Shown here: one piece after another, positions 1 through 9,026 of the stretch | Layout of the letters: every line of letters begins with the position of its first letter | How positions within the stretch are numbered: the first letter of the stretch is position 1 | DNA from: a virus | Taxonomy: Duplodnaviria; Caudoviricetes | Virus record (IMG/VR): IMGVR_UViG_3300028591_000184 | Span: 9,046-73,045 of that record | DNA length: 64,000 nt | Strand: one strand, 5' to 3' | Program-made: the position numbers and the translations under genes | The notes under the pieces: model-generated | The model's input: only the letters and a program-made list of their open reading frames with translations | The model's database searches: none | Told to the model about the DNA's origin: nothing

Positions 1-20
1 ACCGAATTTTTATAGTGCGT

Positions 21-242
21 TTATGCACTATAGTTTTTCTTGAAAAATTTTATTATCTGACTCGCTATAAATGGGCTACTTTGTAACTTAGCAACGGCCT
101 CGGCAAGCTTATCACCGCTGACCATTGCTCCATGCTGTCCCATGATATTGATAAACTGGATGAGAGCCTTGCGCCCTCTCTCCGCTTCCTCGTCACTACT
201 GGCGTAGATATTGAGGGTGATGGGTTTTGCACCTTTTTCCAT
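21..242 (-). CDS. hypothetical protein (73 aa)
   Basis: ORF track; last of three co-oriented genes downstream of a TACCTTTG promoter. Confidence 0.6.
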   Translation of the reverse strand: MEKGAKPITLNIYASSDEEAERGRKALIQFINIMGQHGAMVSGDKLAEAVAKLQSSPFIASQIIKFFKKNYSA

Positions 243-259
243 ATTCTGCCGTGTTTATG

Positions 260-628
260 TTATTCATTTATTGAAGGGAGTGGAACTTCGTCCCCGACTG
301 CCTCAATGGTGGTGGTGAGAGGCGGTAACTTTCCACCCGTGATGCCGCGCAGGATTTCATATCCTTGCGCCAAGGTATCTCTGTTGTTTCCAATCCACGA
401 AACGATACCGTTGGCAATATCACCTGTCCTGTCTATCCATGTCGGCTGAACAGGGTCATAGTCGGGTAGCTCTGGAAGATCCTTCGCGAAATAGTCATAG
501 AGTTTTGCCGCTTCATCTATATCGCCTTTTGTGGCGAATAGACATTGTAGCTTCAAGGTCGCTCTACTGGTAGGACGGATTGCTTGTATCATCTCTAACT
601 TCTTTTTCTTGTTGTTAAACCATTTCAT
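260..628 (-). CDS. hypothetical protein (start probably MKWFNN at 628)
   Basis: ORF 260..673; internal ATG chosen because it follows an A-rich leader. Confidence 0.6.
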   Translation of the reverse strand: MKWFNNKKKKLEMIQAIRPTSRATLKLQCLFATKGDIDEAAKLYDYFAKDLPELPDYDPVQPTWIDRTGDIANGIVSWIGNNRDTLAQGYEILRGITGGKLPPLTTTIEAVGDEVPLPSINE

Positions 629-693
629 TATGCCGTGTTTTGAAAGTGGATAGCCCGAAGATATTTGCATCAACGGGCTATCACGTTAACCTT

Positions 694-1329
694 TTACAGT
701 CCGCAGCCGCAACCGCTTGCCGGACAGGGGCAGGGCTTTGCATCCTGATAGAGGGCTACACGCTGAGGGTTCTCAGAGTAGCGACCAGTCATCAAGCCTG
801 TCATCACCTGCTGAGTTGCAACCTGCGAAGCGGCAAGCTCTGCCCGTTGCATAGCCGTAAGAGTACCCTGCTGAGAACCGGAAACGGTGTCAGTGATGGT
901 CTGGGTGATGGTCTGGTCACCATTGATACGCTCAGAACGCTCAAGGTCGAAACCGCGAAGAATGCGGTCAACGGTACGCTGGGTGTTGTCATGCTCCGTT
1001 TCCAGAAGCTTCAGCGAAGCCTGATAGTTGGCAGCAGCAAGCTCTTTTGCACCCTGTGCAGCTTCACGGGCACGCTCGGCTTTCGCTGAACCATAGAGGG
1101 GACCGAATATCCATGCACCGATACCGGCAACAGCACCGACAACGCCGACAGTCAAGCCTGCTACGGCAACACCACTTGGACGCTTGGCAGCCATGTGACT
1201 CGTTTTCACCTGCTCGTAAGGTGTCATACCACCCCAACCATGATTGTAGCCACCGCCATAGCCCCAGTTACGGTCGTAGTCTCGGTCGATACCTCGGATA
1301 GCCATGAGGTCATTCATTTCTAATGCCAT
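694..1329 (-). CDS. hypothetical protein: Gly-rich N-terminus, one TM segment, coiled coil, Cys-rich tail (PCPCPASGCGCG)
   Basis: 211-aa ORF; composition read from the translation. Confidence 0.75.
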   Translation of the reverse strand: MALEMNDLMAIRGIDRDYDRNWGYGGGYNHGWGGMTPYEQVKTSHMAAKRPSGVAVAGLTVGVVGAVAGIGAWIFGPLYGSAKAERAREAAQGAKELAAANYQASLKLLETEHDNTQRTVDRILRGFDLERSERINGDQTITQTITDTVSGSQQGTLTAMQRAELAASQVATQQVMTGLMTGRYSENPQRVALYQDAKPCPCPASGCGCGL

Positions 1330-1390
1330 AATCTTAACGTGTTTAAGTTGTTAATAAAAAAAGTTATCCTGTCTTTGCGCATTGACACAG

Positions 1391-1398
1391 CAAAGGTA
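1391..1398 (-). promoter_or_regulatory. Bacteroidetes -7 promoter element TACCTTTG
   Basis: matches TAnnTTTG; 62 nt upstream of the 1329 start. Confidence 0.6.
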
Positions 1399-1443
1399 CA
1401 AAACAACTCAAACACAAATAAGAAAAGTCGAAAAATACAATTT

Positions 1444-1677
1444 TCACTTTTCGATAGTACGCCTAAACCTTCGTAATATCCTGTATATGCTTGCTTCACT
1501 AATATCGTATTTACCAGCAAGCACTGCTACCGCATAAGATACCTTACCTCCTTGAGAAACAATATCCTCATAGTCAGAGTAAAGGTTAATATATTTGAAG
1601 TCACCCATCTTTATGTCATAATCTGATAGCAACTTCATCGTTTCTTTGCTAATTTTTATAAAATCCACGGCTTTCAT
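1444..1677 (-). CDS. small HTH DNA-binding protein (Mor-like regulator)
   Basis: C-terminal helix-turn-helix pattern AVAVLAGKYDISEASIYRILRRF. Confidence 0.65.
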   Translation of the reverse strand: MKAVDFIKISKETMKLLSDYDIKMGDFKYINLYSDYEDIVSQGGKVSYAVAVLAGKYDISEASIYRILRRFRRTIEK

Positions 1678-1711
1678 AGTGCAAATTTGAATTTTTATTA
1701 TTATCTTTGCA

Positions 1712-1836
1712 CCATCTCACCACATACGAAAAATCCGTAAGTAGAGGAAGGGCATATAATCCCCCGCTCTGCCTACGGGTCGTTTCGTAAATAAAGTGGT
1801 GAGATACTAAATTTATGAAAGTCGGGGGATTTTTTT
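1712..1836 (+). ncRNA. putative structured small RNA
   Basis: TATCTTTG at 1702-1709; nested stems TCTCACCAC/GTGGTGAGA, TACGAAA/TTTCGTA, CCGTAAGTAGAG/CTCTGCCTACGG; ends in a T tract; no downstream plus-strand gene. Confidence 0.55.
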
Positions 1837-1851
1837 CTTTTCCCCTTGTTT

Positions 1852-2370
1852 TTACCTTCGTCGTCGTCTAATCCACAAGACGACAAATCCTACCCCCATC
1901 AACACGGCACACACCGTGCCGCCCATCATCAGCTTGCCGTAGTCCAGGCACACCCTCTCCCACTTCGTCAGCTTGCGCTCTACGGGCACAGGAACCTGTA
2001 TGCTGTCGGTCTTGAAGACGGTGTCGGTGTGTGCTTCCTTCAGCCGCTCTATTTCCCGTTGCAGGCGGTCGTTCTGTATGAGCCATGCCCGTTCTGCCGC
2101 CTTCAGCTGTATGCCGAACTGCGCCATCATTGCCGAGTCCACCTCACGGATGACGGTCGTCTGGCGGTCGATGACGCTGTTCGTATGGTGCACAGTGTCG
2201 GTGACATGTTTGTATTCCGTCTTGACGGTCTCGACGGGGATATACTGCATCTCCTTGCACCCGCAGAAGGTGACGAGGCAGGCGACGATGACAAGTGTCG
2301 CAATGAGGGTGAGCATTCTGGCTACCACCTCCTTGATAATCTTTTTAATCCAGTCGTTGTCGTGTTCCAT
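1852..2370 (-). CDS. putative spanin-like lysis protein (lipobox plus C-terminal TM)
   Basis: hydrophobic stretch ending VTFCGC; C-terminal TM followed by RRRRR; immediately downstream of the endolysin. Confidence 0.6.
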   Translation of the reverse strand: MEHDNDWIKKIIKEVVARMLTLIATLVIVACLVTFCGCKEMQYIPVETVKTEYKHVTDTVHHTNSVIDRQTTVIREVDSAMMAQFGIQLKAAERAWLIQNDRLQREIERLKEAHTDTVFKTDSIQVPVPVERKLTKWERVCLDYGKLMMGGTVCAVLMGVGFVVLWIRRRRR

Positions 2371-2378
2371 ACCTTTAT

Positions 2379-2786
2379 TTATTTAATGTGAAGCACCTGC
2401 CGCCGGTTTCCCTTTTGCGAGAAGCTGACGTGCACCCAGTTGTAGCCGTATTCGTCGATGAGCTGGTCAAAGGGCAGTCCGAGTTCCTGTATCTTATCGA
2501 ACAGCTTGCGGTTGTCCGATGGTTTGTCGCTGACGGTGCGGATGTCGGCCGCCTCGCCTGTGACGTGCTGGCTTTTCCTTGCGCCTCCGACGGCCTTGTT
2601 CAGCTTCTCGCTTCGGTAGCCGCTGGTGATGATAATTGGTTGTCCCCACGCCTCACGCAGAGGGTCGAGGACATTGGAAACCAATGCCGTCAGGTTTGCC
2701 CTCACGACATTATCGGGTGTGTTGCTGATGCCTTTCCTCAGAGCCGTGGCCGATGCCGTCAGCTCGTGCATGGTGAAATACTTCAT
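2379..2786 (-). CDS. endolysin, peptidase M15 family
   Basis: SGYRS...LNKAVGGARKSQHVTGEAADI and WVHVS zinc-peptidase motifs. Confidence 0.9.
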   Translation of the reverse strand: MKYFTMHELTASATALRKGISNTPDNVVRANLTALVSNVLDPLREAWGQPIIITSGYRSEKLNKAVGGARKSQHVTGEAADIRTVSDKPSDNRKLFDKIQELGLPFDQLIDEYGYNWVHVSFSQKGNRRQVLHIK

Positions 2787-2792
2787 AGTCTT

Positions 2793-3245
2793 CTATTCTT
2801 TGATGTCGAGATATTCCTTCAGATACGGCACTCTCTCCACGAACTTCAGTGCCACGACCCAGTGGAGGAAGTCCACATACTTGCGCAGCGTCGTTCCCTC
2901 GCGGAGTATCTTCTGCCAGTTGCTCAGGATGTTGATGGCGTAGAACCATATCGCCGCCATGTAGATGCACGACACGGCCTGCACCGCCGACGCTTCCATG
3001 TGCATATAGTGTCCGATGATGAACACGAAGGCACCGATGGCGACAAGTACGCAGCATTCGGTGAACGTCTTCCGTACCTTCGCCCATTTCCATCCGTCGG
3101 CGTGCAGGGTGTCTTCTATCCATCCAGATATGAAATTCGTTCCCATGAGGATGAGGATGGCGGTGATGAAGTCCTCGATGGGCATGAAGAAGCCGGAAAG
3201 GGCACTGAGTGCCACTAACAGCAATGCTTTGATTTGTTCTATCAT
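2793..3245 (-). CDS. holin
   Basis: multi-TM 150-aa protein directly upstream of the endolysin; start moved to MIEQIK at 3245. Confidence 0.75.
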   Translation of the reverse strand: MIEQIKALLLVALSALSGFFMPIEDFITAILILMGTNFISGWIEDTLHADGWKWAKVRKTFTECCVLVAIGAFVFIIGHYMHMEASAVQAVSCIYMAAIWFYAINILSNWQKILREGTTLRKYVDFLHWVVALKFVERVPYLKEYLDIKE

Positions 3246-3292
3246 TTTTCCTTCTAAATGTTTGGTTGTTCCAGATATTCTTCGTAACTTTG

Positions 3293-3363
3293 CAACTGTC
3301 CCCGCGATAAGGTAAGAGTCAGATGACTTTGTCATCTGTAAACCTATGTGGGGACTTTTTTTA
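3293..3363 (+). ncRNA. putative antisense small RNA in the holin leader
   Basis: TTTG(3261)-N20-TAACTTTG(3285) full promoter; perfect hairpin CAGATGAC-TTT-GTCATCTG inside an outer GTCCC/GGGAC stem, then T7. Confidence 0.5.
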
Positions 3364-3374
3364 TTGTACCCTCT

Positions 3375-6300
3375 TTAAATGCGCCGCGTCACTTTACGGC
3401 AGCTATTTCCACATTGGTAGTAATATATGTGTTCTGTACTTTCGTAGGGGCGACCGTTCCTCATCTTCAAGCGGTGTAGTCGAAACACCCTTCTTAGCTG
3501 TGAAGGTATTTCCCCATTCTTCTTTGCCATCTTCACATACTTCTTTAGAGTTAATGGAATGCCTTTCGTTTTCTTATCCCCTATTATTTCAGACGCATAT
3601 CCACTTGCTCTGCGATAAGCATTTGTATATATGGAATCCTCACCAGCTATATCCTTTTTCTTCGTAATTACATCTTGATTATAGATAACCATTCTGCTCG
3701 CCATGTAAAACTCCTTTTCCGACATGCTTGTTTTGAAGCTGCGAACAGCTCTGTCATCCTTCTCAAGATACGGAGCGATGCACACCGTCCTTCCGTGTCG
3801 GATGGTGAAGTTGGGACTTGTTGTTTCTGTCGTCAGATTGTGGGCTTTAGCTATCTCCAGACAGCCGAGTATGCCGCCTTGCGGAAAGTTGCCTGTGCGC
3901 ATGGTTTCTAAGATACTCTGCTTCACTGTGACAACGATAGGGCCGCTAACCTCCAAAACGCTACTCCTTATTGCGACGATGCTGTCGCCGAATAGCGCAG
4001 CCACGCCTGCGGACAGCTGCGACGTAGACACTGAGCCGACGTTGCTGACGACACGCTTCGTCTTGTCCCCATCGGCAATCCATCCAGCCGAGAAGTCATA
4101 GTACGTCGTCGTTGCACCCTGCGCCGTCATATAGGTCTGCATCTTGTCGGCATCGAAGCGCAGGTGTAACATTCCGTCGGGAAAGAAGTAGCGGCTTCCC
4201 ACCTTTGCGCCGATGGGGATAGCACGGTGAACGATGGGACGGCTGTCGACGGGTGTCGTGTCGCGGAACCTGCGCCACACATTCCCCTCGCGGTGGCCGT
4301 CGTCCCACTTCTTGCCGTCGACGGTGACATTGCGGATGTCCACCGTTCCCCATCCGTCAGCGGGCTTTATCAGGAGCTTCTGGTTGGCAGCTGAATTGCC
4401 TAATACCACTTCCACGTCCCTCAGCCGGATGTCCGTACCGTAGATATAGGGATTGGCGGAGGTGCATGTAATCGTCGAGTTCTCAATGGTCGTGACGATG
4501 CGGCCGCTGAAGGTCGGCGGTGTCTGGTGCACACCGAAGCGCACGGCGGTGAGCACGCTGTCACGGATGGTCAGACGCATATCCTGACCATACGTTCCCT
4601 GGTTGCCGTAGATGATGGCTTGACGAAGCACCCCTCTGCACTTCTCAATGGTGATGTTATACTCGTTGAAATCCGAGTTCTGGAGATAGACGAACGTAGA
4701 GTTAGACCTTGGATTGACTATCTCGCATCCCCTGTAGCTGATGTTGGCGGTGCGCCGCTCTGTTCCTGCCGTGGAGGAAGCCCAGCATTGCATGTATGAG
4801 CAGTTGTCGAAGACGCAGTCCTCGAACGCTGTCGTCGGCGTGTTTTCGTTCGCCCCCGTTCCGCCGGAGAGTATGCCCTGCTGTCCGCCGCTCATCCTGC
4901 ACCGCTTGACGTAGAGCTTTGCGTCGGTGACACCGCCCGCGTCGAAGGATAGGAAGCGGATGTTGGCCGAATAGGTCTCGGCAGTGAAGGTGCAATCCTC
5001 GACGACACACCTCTCTTCCCCTTTCGTGGACAGTGCCACACCATTCCTCACCGCCGTCGTTTCGCCCGAGAAGGAGAAGGTGCATTTCCTCACTTCCGCG
5101 TAGCCGAAGCTCGTCAGCTTCACCGCCTTCAGTGCCTTGTCGACGGGGGAGTTGAAGGTGACGTTTTCCACTTGCACCTCGACGTCAGCATTGTTGACAT
5201 ACACTCCATAGTGGCTTGTCGACGTGCCGTCGTAGGCATCGGTGACAGTTAGGTTTCTCACCGTGCAATGGTGCTTCACCGTCAGCCACGACGCATTCTG
5301 CTGTACGATGTGTGCGCCGTTGCCCTCGATGATGGTGTCGTGCTTCGTCTGTAGGGAAGTTCCTGCGAACGAATACGTCTTCCCTGCCGTCAGGACGATG
5401 GTGCTGCCGTTGTCCAGTGCACTCTGGAAAGCCTCCGTCCAGTCGTCACCGCCGTCATGCCACCATTCGGGCCTTACGAAGCCCGCCTCGCGCACCGCCG
5501 CCGCGTCGCTCTGTCCGTTCCACAGCCGTATGGCACCGTCCTTGTAGCAGTATATCGGGTGGCTGACATGCAGCTCCACAGCCGTTGTCGCGTAGGCATG
5601 GCCGAGGTAGATGTATATCTTCCCGTCCTCTGTCGTCGGCAAATCCTGCGTGATAGCCGTACCGCTGTCGAGCACCGCCATGCCGTCGGCCTGCGGAACG
5701 GCAACGATGAACACATCCTTGTTCGCCGTCACCGACGACACGTTGAACGAACGGCGGATGTCGAGAGTTATATGATAATACAAGTTGTATGCCGTGATGT
5801 CGGCATTCGCTTGTATAGTGGTACCCGAAGAATAATAAAGTATCTGCCCGTAGGGGTTGAATTTCTCCGTCGTCATCACCTTCGTCGTGGCCGTCGTGTC
5901 GGCCGAGCTGACGGGTATCAGCGAAAGACCGTCCTTCGACTGCAAGAGCAGCTTGTAGCGATACAGGATGGCAGCCGCCTTGTAGTTCCCGTAGTAGTGA
6001 CGGAGCTGGTAGGTGTTCGTACTGTCGTAGTCGGCAATCTTCCACACACCCTTCACCGATGTTTGCGATGCGGAGTTGAGATTGACGGGGGCTGTCTGGT
6101 CGGCATCGTAGATGAGGGTGATGAAGCATCCCACGGCGTAACGTGTGCTCACCATCGAGTTCACGTTGGCACAGACGGGGTGTTCGCCGAGTCCGTTCAC
6201 GTTCAGCACCGTGCCGTAGCTGCCGTTGCCGGCAACGGGAACCTTCACCACGACGACGAGACCTGTGTATAGCTCGGTGATGTCGGCATGAGTGCCCACC

Positions 6301-6491
6301 CACCGCGACGCATAGTAGGGTGATGTGGTGACGGCTGCCTGACTCGCGCCCATCGTCAGGACGTGCAGCCGCTCGGCCGTCGCCAGCCTGCCGCTGACAT
6401 ACGTCGGAACGAAGGCAGAGATGTACTTGCGCATCTCCGCCAGAAAGTTCCGTTGCAGGGCAGTGTTGATGATATTCTTGAAATTAATCAT
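3375..6491 (-). CDS. tail fibre/tailspike with a probable pectin-lyase-like beta-helix
   Basis: 1038 aa; DDWTEAFQSALDNGSTIVLTAGKTY beta-helix cap followed by repeated V.N.TF strands; position at end of tail module. Confidence 0.75.
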   Translation of the reverse strand: MINFKNIINTALQRNFLAEMRKYISAFVPTYVSGRLATAERLHVLTMGASQAAVTTSPYYASRWVGTHADITELYTGLVVVVKVPVAGNGSYGTVLNVNGLGEHPVCANVNSMVSTRYAVGCFITLIYDADQTAPVNLNSASQTSVKGVWKIADYDSTNTYQLRHYYGNYKAAAILYRYKLLLQSKDGLSLIPVSSADTTATTKVMTTEKFNPYGQILYYSSGTTIQANADITAYNLYYHITLDIRRSFNVSSVTANKDVFIVAVPQADGMAVLDSGTAITQDLPTTEDGKIYIYLGHAYATTAVELHVSHPIYCYKDGAIRLWNGQSDAAAVREAGFVRPEWWHDGGDDWTEAFQSALDNGSTIVLTAGKTYSFAGTSLQTKHDTIIEGNGAHIVQQNASWLTVKHHCTVRNLTVTDAYDGTSTSHYGVYVNNADVEVQVENVTFNSPVDKALKAVKLTSFGYAEVRKCTFSFSGETTAVRNGVALSTKGEERCVVEDCTFTAETYSANIRFLSFDAGGVTDAKLYVKRCRMSGGQQGILSGGTGANENTPTTAFEDCVFDNCSYMQCWASSTAGTERRTANISYRGCEIVNPRSNSTFVYLQNSDFNEYNITIEKCRGVLRQAIIYGNQGTYGQDMRLTIRDSVLTAVRFGVHQTPPTFSGRIVTTIENSTITCTSANPYIYGTDIRLRDVEVVLGNSAANQKLLIKPADGWGTVDIRNVTVDGKKWDDGHREGNVWRRFRDTTPVDSRPIVHRAIPIGAKVGSRYFFPDGMLHLRFDADKMQTYMTAQGATTTYYDFSAGWIADGDKTKRVVSNVGSVSTSQLSAGVAALFGDSIVAIRSSVLEVSGPIVVTVKQSILETMRTGNFPQGGILGCLEIAKAHNLTTETTSPNFTIRHGRTVCIAPYLEKDDRAVRSFKTSMSEKEFYMASRMVIYNQDVITKKKDIAGEDSIYTNAYRRASGYASEIIGDKKTKGIPLTLKKYVKMAKKNGEIPSQLRRVFRLHRLKMRNGRPYESTEHIYYYQCGNSCRKVTRRI

Positions 6492-6513
6492 AGACTCTTA
6501 CTGTTTTTTATCC

Positions 6514-8226
6514 TTACGAGGCAGCAGTCTGGACAGGCTGGAGGGCGGGAAGCGCCGTTCCGGCGATGATGGCGGTGGCATCTGCCGTACCAAGGGTCGT
6601 CGGGTTGCCAGCAGTTGCAGTGGCATCGGTATTGAAGAGGTCGCGTATCTCCGTTGCCGTGGCCAGACCAAACTCATCGGCGTAGGCGAGCTCTCTGACA
6701 AAAATCTGACGGCTCGAACTTGATATATCGGCTCTGATAATGTATGTAGATGCCTGTGCCATGCCAATAAAACTACCGTTGGAAGCCTTCATCATTGGGA
6801 TGACGGTAGCCATTCCGTGCCTTTCCATAGACACCTGCAATACAGGAAGACGTCCGGCGTTCCATGCGTTGTTAATCTGCGTGTAGACATTGGTATCTCC
6901 CAATGTATAGTAGCCGTTGTTATTCCACTCTGCACTTGTTGCAGAGTAGGTGATTACTTCGTAGGCGTTCGGAATATCCACGAAGCCTGCGAGGACATCA
7001 AACTTCTTGGTCCACGTCGGAGCCTGCGCCGTGCCACCTTCCTCTACGATAACCACTACATTCGTGCCTGCCGGATATTCCTTCCCTGCACCCTCGACAA
7101 ACAGGCTCGTCGTGGTGAAGGCTGTGGTGACATTGTAGACAAAACCTGCTTCGCTTTGGTCAAGCAACGATTGCACAAGTCCCGTTCCAGCGACTGACCC
7201 CTTCGGCTTATACAGCGTGGACACTTTCTCGTCGATGTCAGCGGTAATGTCGTCAATCAAGTCTTGGTAGCCGGCAATCTGTGCGAGGGTGAGGGCAGCC
7301 CTCCAATTATTGAGTGCGTTCAGCCCAGTGTTGAGAGAGGAAAGAGCACTATTGATGTTGTTATAATCGTTAGCACTCGTCACACCGCTTTGAGTTGACG
7401 AAACAGTCGGAATGCGGATGGCAAGGTAGCCTGCTTTATCTACCTTTACAGGTAATATAATTCCTCCCGACGTCAGAGTGGCTGGTACGTTATCGGTATC
7501 TGCCGTTTCACTTTTCAGTTTCGCTTTGATAGTTCCGCTGCTGGTGATGTCGCCACCCGTGAGGCCTGCCCCTGTCGACACCTTCGTCACCGTACCTTTC
7601 TTTGCGCCCGTCTCGATGCCAGCGAGCTTGGTGTATTGGGCTGCTGACATTAAGCCTGACTCTTCACCGCTTGAGTGTTTAAGAGGAACAGCGAGAAAAC
7701 CGAGCTTGTCGAGATTGACGGCCACCGTCTTTCCTCCGCCGGAGTCTACTTCCTCATTGCTGGCACTGGCGGTCAGTTTCGTGTTGCTCTTCAGGCTCAG
7801 CTTCAGCCGGGCAAAGAGCTTCAGGTACTTCTCGCTGGTAGAGGTGTCGGTGCCCGTTCCGGCGCCAGAGGCCTGCTGCACACCGTCGATGGCGGTCATC
7901 TCCTGTATCTCGATGCCGTCACCGACATAGACACGCTCCGTCTTTTTGCCAATGGCGGTTTTGTCTGCTGAGGACATCAGTCCGCTGGCCGAGGTCGATG
8001 CGTTGGGGATGTTGACCGAGAAGTCGCCGTTGGCGTCGAGTTCCATGCCAAAGCTGTTGCCGGAAATCTTCGTCGTGGTGCGCGATGTGATGGTCGACTT
8101 GGTAGAGCCGTTCTTCAGCAGCCCATAGAGGAATGTGGTTACGAAAGCCGCCACATAGGAGCGTACCTGCCCGAGGAAGTCGCGCTCCCTGTTGAGGTTT
8201 ACAAGTTTTTTAAATTCGTCTGCCAT
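6514..8226 (-). CDS. tail fibre-like structural protein
   Basis: 570 aa, Ser/Thr/Gly rich; GTVTKVSTGAGLTGGDITSSGTI and repeated SGLMSAAD motifs typical of fibres. Confidence 0.7.
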   Translation of the reverse strand: MADEFKKLVNLNRERDFLGQVRSYVAAFVTTFLYGLLKNGSTKSTITSRTTTKISGNSFGMELDANGDFSVNIPNASTSASGLMSSADKTAIGKKTERVYVGDGIEIQEMTAIDGVQQASGAGTGTDTSTSEKYLKLFARLKLSLKSNTKLTASASNEEVDSGGGKTVAVNLDKLGFLAVPLKHSSGEESGLMSAAQYTKLAGIETGAKKGTVTKVSTGAGLTGGDITSSGTIKAKLKSETADTDNVPATLTSGGIILPVKVDKAGYLAIRIPTVSSTQSGVTSANDYNNINSALSSLNTGLNALNNWRAALTLAQIAGYQDLIDDITADIDEKVSTLYKPKGSVAGTGLVQSLLDQSEAGFVYNVTTAFTTTSLFVEGAGKEYPAGTNVVVIVEEGGTAQAPTWTKKFDVLAGFVDIPNAYEVITYSATSAEWNNNGYYTLGDTNVYTQINNAWNAGRLPVLQVSMERHGMATVIPMMKASNGSFIGMAQASTYIIRADISSSSRQIFVRELAYADEFGLATATEIRDLFNTDATATAGNPTTLGTADATAIIAGTALPALQPVQTAAS

Positions 8227-8254
8227 AATCTTTTCTGTTTTTTATGTGTTTATA

Positions 8255-8806
8255 CTAATTGTTGTCTTCCAACAGCAGCAATGGGTCGCTGCATCCGAGT
8301 TCCCATCCCTCCTGCGTGGCGAGAGGAATACCCTGATAGGAGCTGAACAGTGCCCGGATGTCCTCTTCCGTGGCGATGGTGATGGTGTCGATGTCGATGG
8401 GGTCGCCACCCGACGACACCACGTCGGGAAGCACGTCCCACAGGTAGCTGACGCTGCCGTCGTCGTTCTCTTGCATGATGCACGCCACCCATGCCCCCTT
8501 GGAGAAGTATACCCCTGCGCCCATCGTGAAGTCGGCGCGTGAGGAGAACGGGCCGCTGACGGCATACACCCACCCTTCGTATTCGGGTGCGGAGGCAGGG
8601 AGCTGCCCGATGGTCGTAGAACCCTTGAACGTCAGCCACCTGCCGTCACGGCCGCAGCCCTGCTGTTCCATGAGCTGCTCGAAGGCCGCTTCGAGGAACA
8701 CCTGCTTGCTGTCGATGGCATTGATGGCATCGACAATGGCGTTGAACTCGGTCGCGGTGAAGAGGTCGCCGACATTCTTATGCGGTATGTTCAGTCGTTT
8801 CTCCAT
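8255..8806 (-). CDS. putative tail/baseplate structural protein
   Basis: 183 aa; shares a domain with the 570-aa fibre protein. Confidence 0.6.
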   Translation of the reverse strand: MEKRLNIPHKNVGDLFTATEFNAIVDAINAIDSKQVFLEAAFEQLMEQQGCGRDGRWLTFKGSTTIGQLPASAPEYEGWVYAVSGPFSSRADFTMGAGVYFSKGAWVACIMQENDDGSVSYLWDVLPDVVSSGGDPIDIDTITIATEEDIRALFSSYQGIPLATQEGWELGCSDPLLLLEDNN

Positions 8807-8813
8807 ATCTCTC

Positions 8814-9026
8814 TTAGCTTAATATCAGCGGAAGGCTGTAGGTGAAGCCCCTCCGCTGCTGTCCTTTCACTTCTTTTCCTGCGGCGAGGGCGTTGATGAT
8901 AATCTGCCACTCGTTCGTGTCCAAGGGGTCGAGCGTAGACCCGATGCCACGGATGCGGATGCACCGCAGGCCGCCCGCCTCCGTGACGCTTTTTATCTTG
9001 TAGCCTATCTCGTCCATATCTCTCAA
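8814..9026 (-). CDS. hypothetical protein (70 aa)
   Basis: ATGA-type overlap with the upstream gene. Confidence 0.55.
   Translation of the reverse strand: MRDMDEIGYKIKSVTEAGGLRCIRIRGIGSTLDPLDTNEWQIIINALAAGKEVKGQQRRGFTYSLPLILS

Noticed and set aside
3375-8226. Diversity-generating retroelement targeting tail fibres
   Set aside because: No reverse transcriptase in the window and no TR/VR pair differing at adenines was noticed. A DGR could still lie outside the window.
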